A stretch of 64,000 nt of DNA from an uncultured delta proteobacterium. Its GTDB lineage: Bacteria; Myxococcota; Myxococcia; SLRQ01. The stretch is from the NCBI GenBank assembly GCA_963727485.1, contig CAVSGM010000002.1:960001-1024000 (forward strand). The letters are read 5' to 3'. The position numbers and the translations under genes were made by a program. Under the pieces are notes generated by a model, which worked only from the letters and a program-made list of their open reading frames with translations, ran no database searches and was not told the DNA's origin. Within the stretch, counting starts at the first letter, position 1, and the number at the start of each line of letters is the position of its first letter. Below are positions 10,442-20,684 of this stretch, one piece after another.

Positions 10442-11615
10442 GCCCCCAGGCGCGCCTGGGCCGCCGCCACCGCCGCCTGGTACACCTTTCTCACCGGCAC
10501 CGAGGCGGCGGCCGCCCGGGCCCGGCAGTCGGCGTGCTCCGGGGCGACGGTGAGCACCTCGCCGGCCAGGCGCCCGACCTTCACCCGCACCTCGCCGTAG
10601 GGGGTGGCGACGGTCTCGAAGGCCCGGTCGAGCTCCACCCGCTCCGCCACCCGGAGGCGGACCCCGAAGGTGGGGGTCTGCCGGAGGATGGCCTCCACGA
10701 CCGCCCGGCGGTCGCCCTCCCGGCACAGGACCTGGAGGAGCTGGCCGGGGCGACCCTTCTTCATCAGGACCGGGAGGACCAGCACATCCAGGGCCCCGGC
10801 GGCGAGGATCGCCTCGACGGCCGGGGGCAGCAGCTCGGGGCTAGGTCGTCGAGGTTGGTCTCGATCACCAGCACCGTGCGCTGGCCCGGGCCCTCGGCGG
10901 CGCCGAGGATCGCCCGGAGGACGTTGGGGCGGTCGGGCCAGGTGGCGTCCCCGGCGCCGTAGCCCACCCGCTCCAGGGTCATCGCCGGCATCGGGCCGAT
11001 CCGGTCCCCGGCGAGGGTGGCGAGCAGCGCCGCCCCGGTGGGGGTGGTCAGCTCGCCCACGGTCTCGGAGGCGGCCACCGGGAGGCCCCGGAGCAGCTCG
11101 AGGACCGCCGGGGCGGGGACGGGGATGCGCCCGTGGGCGGCCTTCACGAACCCGGTCCCCAGCGGCGGCGGGGCGGCGGTGATCCGCCCGGGCTTGAGGT
11201 GGTCCACGGCGACGGCGGTGCCGCAGATGTCCACGATGGCGTCCACGGCGCCCACCTCGTGGAAGTGGACCGCCTCCGGGTCGACCCCGTGGACCGCCCC
11301 CTCGGCGACGGCGAGGCGCCGGAAGGCCTCGAGGGCGATGGCCTTGGCGCCCGCGGTGAGGGCGCTTCCCTGGATGATCCGGGTGACGTCCGAGAGGTGG
11401 CGGTGGGCGTGGTCGTGGTGGTCGAGGTGGACGTCGACCTTGGTGGCGGAGATGGAGCCCACGTCCTTGACCCGCTCGGCGAGGCGCCACCCGGGGACCT
11501 CGAGGGTCCCGAGGGCTTCCTCAAGCACCGCCAGCGGCACCCCGAGGGCCACCAGGGCCCCGAGCATCATGTCCCCGCTCACGCCCCCGACCGGCTCGAG
11601 GTGGAGCACCCTCAC
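10438..11615 (-). CDS. larC: Nickel pincer cofactor biosynthesis protein LarC; frameshift at ~10843
   Basis: GVSGDMMLGAL, His-rich HHDHAHRH, VHFHEVGAVDAIVDI, ELTTPTGAA, IETNLDD; C-terminal MKKGRPG...TPTFGVR...PEHADC in the other frame. Confidence 0.9.
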
Positions 11616-12367
11616 TTGAGCCCCCGGGCGATGAGGGCGGCGAGCTGCCCGGCCCCGAAGCCGTTGTCGATGTTCACCACGCTCACCCCCGGGGCGCAGC
11701 TGTTGAGCATGCCCAAGAGCGCCGCCAGGCCCCCGAAGGCGGCGCCGTAGCCGACGCTGGTGGGCACCGCGATCACCGGCCGGCCGGCGAGGCCGGCGAC
11801 CACGGACGGCAGCGCCCCCTCCATCCCCGCGACCACCACCAGGACCCCGGCCTCGGCGAGGCGCTTGCGATGCCGGGTGATCCGGTGGATGCCGGCGACC
11901 CCCACGTCGTGGAGGCGCTCGACCTTCGCGCCGGCGACCCTCGCGGTGACCCCCGCCTCCTCGGCCACCGGGGCGTCGCTGGTGCCGGCGCTGATGACCA
12001 GCACCGTCCGGCCCTTGGGCCTGGGGAGCTTGCCCAGGACCAGGGTCCGGGAGAGGGGATCGTAGTCGCCGTCGCCCAGGGCGGCGAGGACCGCCTCGGC
12101 CTTGGGCGCGTCGAGGCGGGTGACCAGGACCACCGCGTGGTGCTGGTGGAGCCGGGCGGTGATCGCCGCCACCTGGGCGGCGGTCTTGTGCTCGGCGAGG
12201 ACCACCTCGGGCAGCCCGGTGCGCACCGCCCGGTGGGTGTCGAGGGTGGCCTGGGCCTCCGGGAGCTCGTCCACCGGGAAGTGCTTGAGGCGGTCGGCGG
12301 CGTCACCGGGGGCGAGGGTGCCCCGGGCCACGTCGCGCAGGAGCTGGTCGAGGGCGCGGCGGTCCAT
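11612..12367 (-). CDS. larB: Nickel pincer cofactor biosynthesis protein LarB
   Basis: DTHRAVRTGLPEVV, SAGTSD, DVGVAGIHR, AGMEGALPSVV, AVPTSVGYG, VNIDNGFGA. Confidence 0.93.
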   Translation of the reverse strand: MDRRALDQLLRDVARGTLAPGDAADRLKHFPVDELPEAQATLDTHRAVRTGLPEVVLAEHKTAAQVAAITARLHQHHAVVLVTRLDAPKAEAVLAALGDGDYDPLSRTLVLGKLPRPKGRTVLVISAGTSDAPVAEEAGVTARVAGAKVERLHDVGVAGIHRITRHRKRLAEAGVLVVVAGMEGALPSVVAGLAGRPVIAVPTSVGYGAAFGGLAALLGMLNSCAPGVSVVNIDNGFGAGQLAALIARGLK

Positions 12368-12387
12368 GGCCGGGGCCATACCACAAA

Positions 12388-12999
12388 CTAGAGCCCCAGC
12401 GCCCCCAGCAGGACGTCGAGGGACCCGGCGGCGGGCACGATGAGCACGTGGCCGCTGACCTCGTCGGCCTCGCGCAGGTGCATCCAGGTCTCCAGGACCA
12501 GGAGCCGGTCGGCGCCCCCGGCGGCCTCGGTGAGGGCGGCGGCGACATGCGGCGAGGTGTCGTGGATGAGGCTCGGCACCGAAGGCAGGAGCATCAGCCC
12601 GGTGACCCGGCCCACCGCCGTGAGGTAGGCGGAGGCGACGATGTTGCCGACCTCCATCAGCGCCGAGGCGCCCAGCTCCCCCAGCGGCCCGGCGGCCGGG
12701 ACCGGGGCGGTGGTGAGCAGGCGCGCGAGCGCCCGGGCGTCCCGGTCGGGGTGGACCAGGACCAGGTTCCCCTCGGCCCCGCCCCGCAGCTGCACCTTGA
12801 CCCCGGCCACCGACTCGCCGATGCCGTTCAGGTGTGCCTCGAGCTCGGAGGTGGCCACCACCGTGGACCGGGTGACCTCCAGCTCCACCCGCCGGCCCCC
12901 GAGGAGCTGGGCCAGGGCGGTGGCGGCGGCGCCGCAGCCGATGTTGGTGACCTCCCGGAGGGCGTCGAGCTGGAGGTCGGTGAGGTGGGCGGGGTCCAT
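12388..12999 (-). CDS. cheC: CheC-family phosphatase (DifG-like)
   Basis: Two ExxN motifs: DALREVTNIG and SALMEVGNIV. Confidence 0.88.
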   Translation of the reverse strand: MDPAHLTDLQLDALREVTNIGCGAAATALAQLLGGRRVELEVTRSTVVATSELEAHLNGIGESVAGVKVQLRGGAEGNLVLVHPDRDARALARLLTTAPVPAAGPLGELGASALMEVGNIVASAYLTAVGRVTGLMLLPSVPSLIHDTSPHVAAALTEAAGGADRLLVLETWMHLREADEVSGHVLIVPAAGSLDVLLGALGL

Positions 13000-14978
13000 C
13001 AGGATCCAGTGTCGGCGGTGCGCAAGAGCGATGCAAGATCGAGCACGAAGAGGGGCCGCCCGTCGGGGAGCAGGGTGACCCCGGAGAGGCCCGGGACCAG
13101 GTCCAGGGGCCGGCCCAGCGGCTTGATCACCGCGTCGAGGTGCCCGGCGAGGCCGTCGACGGACACCGCGGTGGGCGCCCGGCCCTCGCCCTCGACGATG
13201 AGGTGGGGCGCCGCATCGGGGGGATCGGCGGGCACCGCGAGGAGCGCCGCCAGGTCCGAGACCGGGACCAGGCCGTCGAGGTAGGGGATGAGCGTCTTGC
13301 CCCGGCTGCGGCTCCGGCCGGCGCGGTCGAGCTCGGTGACGTGGAGGACCTTGGCCACCGGCACCCCCACGGTCTCGGCGCCGACCTTCACCAGGAGCAG
13401 CCGCTGGATGGCCACGGTCAGGGGCAGGCGGAGGACGAAGGTGGTCCCGGCCCCCTCGGCGCTCTCGATGTCGACGGTGCCCCCGAGGCTCTCCACCGTG
13501 GCCTTGACCACGTCCATCCCCACCCCCCGGCCCGAGAGGTCGGAGACCGACTCGGCGGTGGTCAGCCCCGGGAGGCAGGCGAGCATCAGGGTCTCGCGAT
13601 CGGAGAGGGCCTCGGCGGCGCGCTCGGTGAGGTGACCGGCGGCGACGGCCCGGCGCTTGAGCGCCCCCCGGTCGAAGCCCCGGCCGTCGTCGGAGATCTC
13701 CAGGATCACCCGGTCCCGGTCCCGGCGGGCGACCAGCCGCAGGCGCCCCTCCACCGGCTTCCCACGGGCGATGCGCCCGTCCTCGTCCTCGAGGCCGTGG
13801 TCGATGCTGTTGCGCAGGAGGTGGGTGATGGGGGCGTCGAGCTCGTCGAGGATCGCCCGGTCGAGCTCGATGTCGGCGCCGTCGATGGCGAGGCCCACCT
13901 GCTTGCCCAGGCTCCGGGCGAGGTCCCGCACCACCCGGGGGAGCCGGTCGGTGAGGGTGGCCAGGCGGATCATCCGGGTGGCCAGCACCTGGCCGTGGAG
14001 CGCCTTGGCGATGGCCCGGAGCTGGTCCACCGCCTCGTCGAGGGGGGTCGGGGCCTCTTCCTCGGCGCGCGCCGAGAGGGCGCGGATGCGCTCGGTGACC
14101 AGGAGCAGCTCGCCCACCGAGTCCATGAACCCGTCGAGGAGCTCGGTGCGGATGCGCACGGTGCGCAGGGTCTCCGCCGGGGCGGGGCGGGGGCGGCCCG
14201 GCCGGGGCCCGGGCCTGGAGAGGTCGACCTCGTCGATCTTCACCCGCTCGAGCTCGGCGATGGTGGAGAGGACCTGCTCCACCGCCTCCACCGCGGTCTC
14301 GGTGGCCAGCAGGATCTCCAGGCGCCCCTCGGGGAGGCGGCCGGCCTTGAGGTCGGCGAGGGCCGGGTCGGCGCGGAGGATCTCCCCGAGGCCGGCGAGG
14401 CGCTTGTGGACCAGGAAGCCCCGGACCCCGGGGACCTTGGAGGTGCCGGCGACCTGGACGGTGACCCGCAGGGTCGGCCGGCCCCGGCCGGGGGTCGGGG
14501 GATCGGCGGCGGCGGCCTGGGTCGGGGGCGCGGGGGTGGGATCGGTCGGCGCGGGGGCGTCGCCCGGGGTCGCCGCCGCCCCCAGGAGCTGGGCCCGGAG
14601 CGCCACCAGCCGGCGGCCCAGGGCCCCGCCGTCGACGCCCTCGTCCTCCAGGGGCCGCCCGGCGCCGGCGGCCGCGACCAGGGCCGCCAGGCCGTCGACC
14701 ACCGAGAGGGCCACGTCGATCCCGCCGGCCGCCAGCGACGCCTGCCCCTGCCGGGGCAGGTCCATGAGGTCCTCGAGGTGGTGGGCGAGGTCGGCGATGG
14801 GGGTGAACCCCATGGACGCCGCCATCCCCTTCACCGAGTGGGCGTGGCGGAAGAGCTCGTCGACGACCTTGGGATCGTCCCCGCGCTCCAGGCGCGGCAG
14901 CCCCTGCCCCATGGCCTCGAGGTGCTCGGTGGCCTCCTGGACGAAGAGGTCCAGGTACTTGGACATGTCCAGGGGCAT
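12999..14978 (-). CDS. cheA: CheA histidine kinase (DifE-like)
   Basis: HPt LFRHAHSVKGMA, HLLRNSIDHG, SGRGVGMDVVK, C-terminal CheW-like domain. Confidence 0.95.
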   Translation of the reverse strand: MPLDMSKYLDLFVQEATEHLEAMGQGLPRLERGDDPKVVDELFRHAHSVKGMAASMGFTPIADLAHHLEDLMDLPRQGQASLAAGGIDVALSVVDGLAALVAAAGAGRPLEDEGVDGGALGRRLVALRAQLLGAAATPGDAPAPTDPTPAPPTQAAAADPPTPGRGRPTLRVTVQVAGTSKVPGVRGFLVHKRLAGLGEILRADPALADLKAGRLPEGRLEILLATETAVEAVEQVLSTIAELERVKIDEVDLSRPGPRPGRPRPAPAETLRTVRIRTELLDGFMDSVGELLLVTERIRALSARAEEEAPTPLDEAVDQLRAIAKALHGQVLATRMIRLATLTDRLPRVVRDLARSLGKQVGLAIDGADIELDRAILDELDAPITHLLRNSIDHGLEDEDGRIARGKPVEGRLRLVARRDRDRVILEISDDGRGFDRGALKRRAVAAGHLTERAAEALSDRETLMLACLPGLTTAESVSDLSGRGVGMDVVKATVESLGGTVDIESAEGAGTTFVLRLPLTVAIQRLLLVKVGAETVGVPVAKVLHVTELDRAGRSRSRGKTLIPYLDGLVPVSDLAALLAVPADPPDAAPHLIVEGEGRAPTAVSVDGLAGHLDAVIKPLGRPLDLVPGLSGVTLLPDGRPLFVLDLASLLRTADTGS

Positions 14979-14995
14979 GGCGCCCTCGCGGCCGG

Positions 14996-15367
14996 TCAGG
15001 CCTCGCCGAGGACCTTGCGCACCACCTGGAGGACCTCGTCGGCCTTGAACGGCTTGACGATGAAGTCCGCGGCGCCGGCCTCGATGGCCTCCATCACCAG
15101 CTGCTCCTGCCCGAGGGCGGAGCACATGACGATCGTGGCGCCGGGATCGGCCTTCATGATCTCCCGGGTGGCCTCGATGCCACTCTTGAAGGGCATCACG
15201 ATGTCCATGGTGACGAGGTCGGGGGAGAGCTCTCGGAACTTCTCCACCGCCTCGAGGCCATGCGTCGCCTCGCCCACGACCTCGAAGTCGCCGGCCTGGG
15301 CGAAGATGTCCTTGATCATGTTCCGCATGAAGATGGCGTCATCCACCACCAGCACCCGTCTGGGCAT
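14996..15367 (-). CDS. cheY: CheY response regulator (DifD-like)
   Basis: VVDDAIFMR, TMDIVMP, CSALGQ, FIVKPF. Confidence 0.95.
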   Translation of the reverse strand: MPRRVLVVDDAIFMRNMIKDIFAQAGDFEVVGEATHGLEAVEKFRELSPDLVTMDIVMPFKSGIEATREIMKADPGATIVMCSALGQEQLVMEAIEAGAADFIVKPFKADEVLQVVRKVLGEA

Positions 15368-15835
15368 CTAGCGCTCCTTGCGGTGGGGCGGGGGGGTCGC
15401 AGGCGAGCCTATCACGCCGCCCTGGGAGAAGGCCAAGTCGACCTGCTCCAGGATGGCGTCGAGGGCGAGGACGGTCACGGCCTTCTCGCCGTGCCGCGCC
15501 AGGCCGCCCTCGGCGGCCAGCGGTCCGATCCCGTCCACCGCGTCGACGCCCAGGGCCAGGCGCCGGCGAGGGTGATCGAGTAGCAACACGAGGGTCGGCG
15601 GCCGGGCGGGCCGGTCGCCAAGGAGGGCCCCGAGATCCACCACCGAGACCACGCGGCCGTGGTGGCTCATGGCGCCGAGGGCGCACGCCGGCGCCCGGGG
15701 AATGCGCACCATCGCCGAGGCCTCCACCACCTCCCGCACCGCGGGCAGCGGCAGGGCGTAGAGCTCGCCCCCGCAGCCGAAGCGCAGGTGCGCCTCGCCC
15801 ACCGGGGGCGGCTCGAGGGGGGCGGCCTCGGTCAC
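15368..15835 (-). CDS. cheW: CheW coupling protein (DifC-like)
   Basis: [19 protein letters not shown]....[12 protein letters not shown] overlaps the MCP stop codon. Confidence 0.88.
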   Translation of the reverse strand: MTEAAPLEPPPVGEAHLRFGCGGELYALPLPAVREVVEASAMVRIPRAPACALGAMSHHGRVVSVVDLGALLGDRPARPPTLVLLLDHPRRRLALGVDAVDGIGPLAAEGGLARHGEKAVTVLALDAILEQVDLAFSQGGVIGSPATPPPHRKER

Positions 15836-17088
15836 AGACGGAACCTCGAGATCACGGACTGCAGCTCCTGGGAGAGGGCGAGGAGCTCCTGGGCGCTGGC
15901 GGCCATCTGCTGCATGGACCGGGTCTGGTCCCCGATGACCGTGCGCACCCCCTCGGTGGAGCGGGCGTTGTCCTGGGCCACCTCGGAGATGTTCTCGGTG
16001 GCCCGGACCATCTCGGCGCTCCCCTCGAGCTGCTGCCGGGCGAAGAGCGAGATGTGGTCGACCTTCTCGGCGCCGCGCATCGCCTGGCGGACGATGCCCT
16101 CGAGGCTCTTGATGATCGCCGCGAGCTCCTCGCGGCCCTCGCCGAGCTCGTCGGTGGCCTCGCGCATGGCGCCGACCACCTGCTCGGCGTGGTTGGAGAT
16201 GTCCTCGGCGAGCCGGGAGATCTGGTCGGCGGAGCGGGCCGCCTGCTCGGCGAGCTTCCGGACCTCCTCGGCGACCACCGCGAAGCCCCGGCCGTACTCC
16301 CCGGCGCGGGCGGCCTCGATGGTGGCGTTGAGGGCCAGCAGGTTGGTCTGCTGGGCGATGGTGGAGATGACCTGGACCACCTTGTCGATCTGCTGGGTCT
16401 TGTTGCCGAAGTCGATGACCATCTCCGAGGCGTTCTCGATGCGCCCGAAGACCTTCCCCAGCTTGTCGGCGGCGAGCCCCGCCGCCCGGCCGCCGCTCTG
16501 GGCCGCGGTGGAGGTCTCGGTGGAGGAGCGCGCCGCGTCCTCGGCGCTCTTGGCCACCCGCTCGATGGAGGCGGCGATCTCGGTGATGAGCTTGCTGGTG
16601 CGCTCGACCAGCTCGTTCTGGAGCTCGGCGCCCTTGGCGATCTGGCCCATGGACTCGCTGACCTCCACCGACGAGGCGTTGACCCCCTCGGCGGACGCCT
16701 GGAGACCGCTGGCGGCGTCGGACACCGCCCCGGCGGTGCGCTGGGTGTGGCTCACCAACTCCCGGAGGTTGTCCTGCATGTGGGCGATGGAGGCGGTGAG
16801 CTCGTCGATCTCGTCGGTGCCCAGCGGGCCCTGGGCCATGGGCACCGGCCGGGAGAGGTTTCCGCGGCTGACCTCCTCGGCGGCGCGGTTGAGGTCCTGG
16901 ATCCGGGCGAGGATCTTGGAGACCCCGTAGGCCAGCGCCAGGGCCAGCCCCACCCCGACCCCCAGGGTGATCCACGGCCGGAACTCGGGGCTGATGTGGG
17001 TCAGCGAGAGGAGCCACGGCATCGCGAAGGAGGCGATGAGCAGGACCAGGTAGCCGACCAGGATCTTGGTGAAGAGGGTGATCTTCAT
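15832..17088 (-). CDS. Methyl-accepting chemotaxis protein, two TM helices with a tiny periplasmic loop (DifA-like)
   Basis: HAMP, then [38 protein letters not shown]; 418 aa. Confidence 0.95.
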   Translation of the reverse strand: MKITLFTKILVGYLVLLIASFAMPWLLSLTHISPEFRPWITLGVGVGLALALAYGVSKILARIQDLNRAAEEVSRGNLSRPVPMAQGPLGTDEIDELTASIAHMQDNLRELVSHTQRTAGAVSDAASGLQASAEGVNASSVEVSESMGQIAKGAELQNELVERTSKLITEIAASIERVAKSAEDAARSSTETSTAAQSGGRAAGLAADKLGKVFGRIENASEMVIDFGNKTQQIDKVVQVISTIAQQTNLLALNATIEAARAGEYGRGFAVVAEEVRKLAEQAARSADQISRLAEDISNHAEQVVGAMREATDELGEGREELAAIIKSLEGIVRQAMRGAEKVDHISLFARQQLEGSAEMVRATENISEVAQDNARSTEGVRTVIGDQTRSMQQMAASAQELLALSQELQSVISRFRL

Positions 17089-17138
17089 CGCGGGGGTCCG
17101 GTCATGCTAGCCCAAGGTGGCGTGCATCTGGAGACTTT

Positions 17139-18104
17139 CTAGGTGTGGCGCCAGCCGGTGGCGCGCGGCCGGTGGCGGCGGCCGGTGGCGTCCCGGAGGA
17201 CCAGGCCGCGCCCGGCGGTGATGGCCCCGACCACGGTCACCTGGGTCCCGGTCCGCCGCGCCGCCGCGCGCACCCGGCGGAGGCGGGCGGGCGCGACGGT
17301 GAACACCAGCTCGTAGTCCTCGCCGCCGGAGAGCGCCGGCCCGAAGGGATCGTCCGCGGGGGCCGCCGCCCGCACCGCCGCCGAGCGCGGGAGGTCCTCG
17401 AGGCGGACCTCGGCGCCGACGCCGCTGGCCTCGAGGAGGTGGCCGAGATCGGCGGCGAAGCCGTCGGAGACGTCGACGCAGGCCGTGGCGATCCCCCCGA
17501 GGGCCCGCCCCAGGGCGAGGCGCGCCTCGGGGCGGCCCTGGCGCCGGGCGGGGCCGGTGAGCCGCGACGGAGGCCGCGTCCGCCCGGCGAGCGACGCCAG
17601 CCCCACCGCCGCGTCGCCGAGGGTCCCGGTCACGCACACCAGGTCCCCGGCCTTCGCCCCGGCGCGCCGGAGCATCCGCGCGGGTGCCACCTCGCCCAGG
17701 AGGGTGACGGTGAGCGAGAGCTCGGCGGCGCCGGAGACGTTGCCCCCGACCAGGGTGACCCCGGTGGCCTCGCACAGGGCCGCCATCCCCCGGGCGCAGG
17801 CGTCGAGCCACCTTGGCGCGATCCCCTGCGGCAGCCCCAGGGCCAGCAGCGCCCACCTGGGCGTCGCCCCCATGGCCGCCAGGTCCGAGAGGTTCACCGC
17901 CAACGCCTTGTGCCCCACCGCCGACGCCGGCAGCCACCGCCGGTCGAAGTGCACCCCGTCGACCAGGGCGTCGACGGTGGTCACCAGGAGCCGGCCCGCC
18001 GCGGGCCTCAACGCCGCGGCGTCATCGCCGGGGCCGAGGACCACCCCCCGCCCCCGACGCGCGAAGTGGGACAGCCACCGGTCGATGAGGGCGAACTCGT
18101 CCAT
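17139..18104 (-). CDS. thiL: Thiamine-monophosphate kinase
   Basis: MDEFALI, GPGDDAA, AVNLSDLAAMGA, DVSDG, SGGEDYEL. Confidence 0.95.
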   Translation of the reverse strand: MDEFALIDRWLSHFARRGRGVVLGPGDDAAALRPAAGRLLVTTVDALVDGVHFDRRWLPASAVGHKALAVNLSDLAAMGATPRWALLALGLPQGIAPRWLDACARGMAALCEATGVTLVGGNVSGAAELSLTVTLLGEVAPARMLRRAGAKAGDLVCVTGTLGDAAVGLASLAGRTRPPSRLTGPARRQGRPEARLALGRALGGIATACVDVSDGFAADLGHLLEASGVGAEVRLEDLPRSAAVRAAAPADDPFGPALSGGEDYELVFTVAPARLRRVRAAARRTGTQVTVVGAITAGRGLVLRDATGRRHRPRATGWRHT

Positions 18105-18122
18105 GGGCCCGCGGCCCGCCCC

Positions 18123-18491
18123 TCAGGCCCCGAGCACCGCCTCGACCATGGCGAGGAGCTTCTTGCTGTTGAACGGCTTGGCCAGATAGAGCACCCCGCC
18201 GGCCTTGAACCCGGCGTTCATCGACTCGGCGTCGGCGCGGGCGGTGACGAAGATGATGGGCACCTGCTTGAGGCGCGCGTCGTCCTTCATCTTCCGGGAG
18301 AGCTCCAGCCCCGAGAGCCCGGGCATCATCACGTCGACCAGGGCCAGGTCCGGGGGATCGCCGACCGCCAGGGCCTCGAGGGCGGCCTCGGCGGTGCCCA
18401 CCTGGGTGGTGGCGTAGCCGGCGGCTTCGAGGAGGCGCTCCTCCATCTTCCGGATCGCGTGGTCGTCCTCGACGATGAGGATGCGCTTCAC
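18123..18491 (-). CDS. Single-domain response regulator
   Basis: VKRILIVEDD...LVDVMMPG...FVTA...AKPF; GTG overlaps the upstream stop. Confidence 0.9.
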   Translation of the reverse strand: MKRILIVEDDHAIRKMEERLLEAAGYATTQVGTAEAALEALAVGDPPDLALVDVMMPGLSGLELSRKMKDDARLKQVPIIFVTARADAESMNAGFKAGGVLYLAKPFNSKKLLAMVEAVLGA

Positions 18492-19963
18492 GCGTGCTTC
18501 TCTCCGGGCGGTCCGGTGACCACGCCGGTGGAGGGCTCGAGGGGCAGGAGGATGGAGAAGGTGCTCCCGCTGCCCGCCTCGCTGTCGACCCAGACCTCGC
18601 CCCCATGGGCCTCCACGTAGCTCTTGACGATGGAGAGCCCCAGCCCGGTGCCGCCGTACTCGCGGGTGGAGGAGTTGTCGACCTGGAAGAAGGTGTCGAA
18701 GACCCGGTCGAGCTTGTCCTTGGGGATCCCGATGCCGGTGTCGGTGACCGAGAGCTTCACGAAGTGGTTCTCCCGCGGCTCGAAGAGGGCGAAGCCGTGG
18801 TCCTCGCCCTCGGGGGGATGCCGCCTCGGCCCGGTGTAGCGCACCACCTCCACGGTCACCCGGCCGCCCTCGGGGGTGAACTTCACCGCGTTGGCGAGGA
18901 GGTTCACCAGGCACTGGCGGATCTTGTCGCGGTCGGCGGGGACCCGGGGGAGCTCGGGGGCGAGCTTGGACTCGAGGGTGACCGTCTTCTTCTGGGCCTG
19001 GGGGTGGACGGTGGTCACCGCCGCCCGGGTCACGTCGGCGAGGTCGACCTCGCTCTGGGTCAGGCTCACCCGCCCGCTCTCGATCTTGGAGATGTCGAGG
19101 ATGGAGGTGATGATCTGGAGGAGGTTCTCGCCCTTCTCCATGATGGTGCGCACGTACTCGCTCTGCTCGGGCTGGAGGTCGCCGGCGAGGCCCTCGAGGA
19201 GCATCTCCGAGTAGCCGATGACGCTGGTCAGCGGGGTGCGCAGCTCGTGGCTCACGGTGGCCAGGAAGTTCGACTTGAGGCGGTCGAGCTCCCGGAGCTT
19301 CTCCACCGACTCCTCGAGGCGGCGGTTCTTGTCGACCAGCTCCCGGTGGGCGTCGGTGATCGCCTCGATGTGCATGGCGCTGGCGAGGTGCGCCTTGTAG
19401 CCCGAGTGGATGATCACCTCGAGGACCAGGCGGAAGTGCTCGAGGATGCGCTTGACGGTGCCCTCGGGGGCCTGGCGGACCTTCTGCACCAGCTGCAGGG
19501 CCCGCTCGGCGTCGAAGTCGTCGCTGATGGAGACCAGGGTGTCGGGGAGCCCCTCGAGGCCCGCGGGCCGGAAGGGCCCGAAGATGACCTTGCCCAGCAG
19601 ATCGCCCTCGTGGACCACCGGCATCACCACGTAGCGCAGGCCGGTGAAGCAGGGCTGGGTCACCAGCCGGTCCCCGGGATCCGAGGCGTTGATCCGGTCG
19701 CCCCCGAAGGGCGTGTCCTTGACCCGGCGCACGGTGGCCGTGCACTGGGAGCGGCCGTCGGCCTTGCTGAACACGTAGCCGCAGAAGTCGCCGTTGCCGA
19801 TCTTGAGGTCGACGAGGCGCGTGCCGTCGGCGTCGAACACCTTGATGCCGATGCCGTAGAGGTCGACGTAGGAGCGGCAGACCTCGAGGAACGACGGGAG
19901 ATCGACCAGCTCCTTGAGGCCGGGCCGCTTGTCGAGGGCGGTGAGGTCGGAGGCGGCTTCCAT
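18488..19963 (-). CDS. PocR-domain sensor histidine kinase
   Basis: N-terminal three-Cys PocR-like pattern (FC...C...CFTGL...G.VIFGPF), SHELRTPL, NLLANAVKFT, GGTGLGL. Confidence 0.88.
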   Translation of the reverse strand: MEAASDLTALDKRPGLKELVDLPSFLEVCRSYVDLYGIGIKVFDADGTRLVDLKIGNGDFCGYVFSKADGRSQCTATVRRVKDTPFGGDRINASDPGDRLVTQPCFTGLRYVVMPVVHEGDLLGKVIFGPFRPAGLEGLPDTLVSISDDFDAERALQLVQKVRQAPEGTVKRILEHFRLVLEVIIHSGYKAHLASAMHIEAITDAHRELVDKNRRLEESVEKLRELDRLKSNFLATVSHELRTPLTSVIGYSEMLLEGLAGDLQPEQSEYVRTIMEKGENLLQIITSILDISKIESGRVSLTQSEVDLADVTRAAVTTVHPQAQKKTVTLESKLAPELPRVPADRDKIRQCLVNLLANAVKFTPEGGRVTVEVVRYTGPRRHPPEGEDHGFALFEPRENHFVKLSVTDTGIGIPKDKLDRVFDTFFQVDNSSTREYGGTGLGLSIVKSYVEAHGGEVWVDSEAGSGSTFSILLPLEPSTGVVTGPPGEKHA

Positions 19964-20646
19964 CAGCCGAAGGCCTCGGAGAGGGCGGTGTGGGTGAGGT
20001 CGAGGTTGCGGAACACGTTCTTGAGGAACTCCGCCTCGGTGAGGCCGAACTTGTGACCGAGCTGGTGCTGCTCCTCGAGCCGCTGCCAGGTGAGCTGGAG
20101 CAGACCGTGGAGGGTCTCGAGGACCCCCTCGCCGCGGATCGCCACCGCGAGGAAGATGGGCTCGGGCCCCCGCTGCTTGAGGGTGTCGATCTCCTCCTCG
20201 GTGCGGATGTCGGGGAGGTCGCGCTTGTTGAACTGGATCACGATGGGGAGGTCGCCGTAGCGCAGCCCGTTCTCCTTGAGGTTCGCCAGGAGGTTCTGCC
20301 AGTACTCGTTGTTGGCCCGGGACTGGCTGCGCTGGCTGTCGGCGATGAACGCCACCCCGTCGGCCCCCTGGAGCACCAGGCGCCGGGTGGAGTTGTGCAT
20401 CACCTGGCCGGGGACGGTGTAGAGCTTGACCTTGACCTTGAGGCCGGCGGCGGTCTGGAAGAACACCGGCATCATGTCGAAGAACAGCGTCCGATCGTCG
20501 GCGGTGTCCAGGGTCATCAGCCGGCCCCGGATGCCGGGATCGAGGCGGGCGTGGATCGCCTGAAGGTTCGTCGTCTTCCCCGAGAGCCCGGGGCCGTAGT
20601 AGACGATCTTGAGGGTCAGCTCTCGTTGGGCTGCGTTGAGCTGCAT
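19963..20646 (-). CDS. sofG: MglA-family small GTPase (SofG-like)
   Basis: KIVYYGPGLSGKTTNL, DRTLFFD, YTVPGQ, NKRD; C-terminal extension; no adjacent mglB. Confidence 0.75.
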   Translation of the reverse strand: MQLNAAQRELTLKIVYYGPGLSGKTTNLQAIHARLDPGIRGRLMTLDTADDRTLFFDMMPVFFQTAAGLKVKVKLYTVPGQVMHNSTRRLVLQGADGVAFIADSQRSQSRANNEYWQNLLANLKENGLRYGDLPIVIQFNKRDLPDIRTEEEIDTLKQRGPEPIFLAVAIRGEGVLETLHGLLQLTWQRLEEQHQLGHKFGLTEAEFLKNVFRNLDLTHTALSEAFG

Positions 20647-20684
20647 CTTCGCGTGGTTCCTGGGGAACTGCCGGTCAATCTAGT

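Noticed and set aside
6455..10726. Single 1423-aa hybrid kinase
   Set aside because: The middle of the ORF is off-frame low-complexity text; it resolves into two genes plus a frameshift at ~9732.
10830..10850. Programmed frameshift splitting larC
   Set aside because: Split larC genes exist elsewhere, but no slippery sequence is visible here and similar indels occur throughout the window; a sequencing error is simpler.
19963..20646. Canonical mglA
   Set aside because: No adjacent mglB and it has a C-terminal extension, so it fits a SofG-like paralog better.
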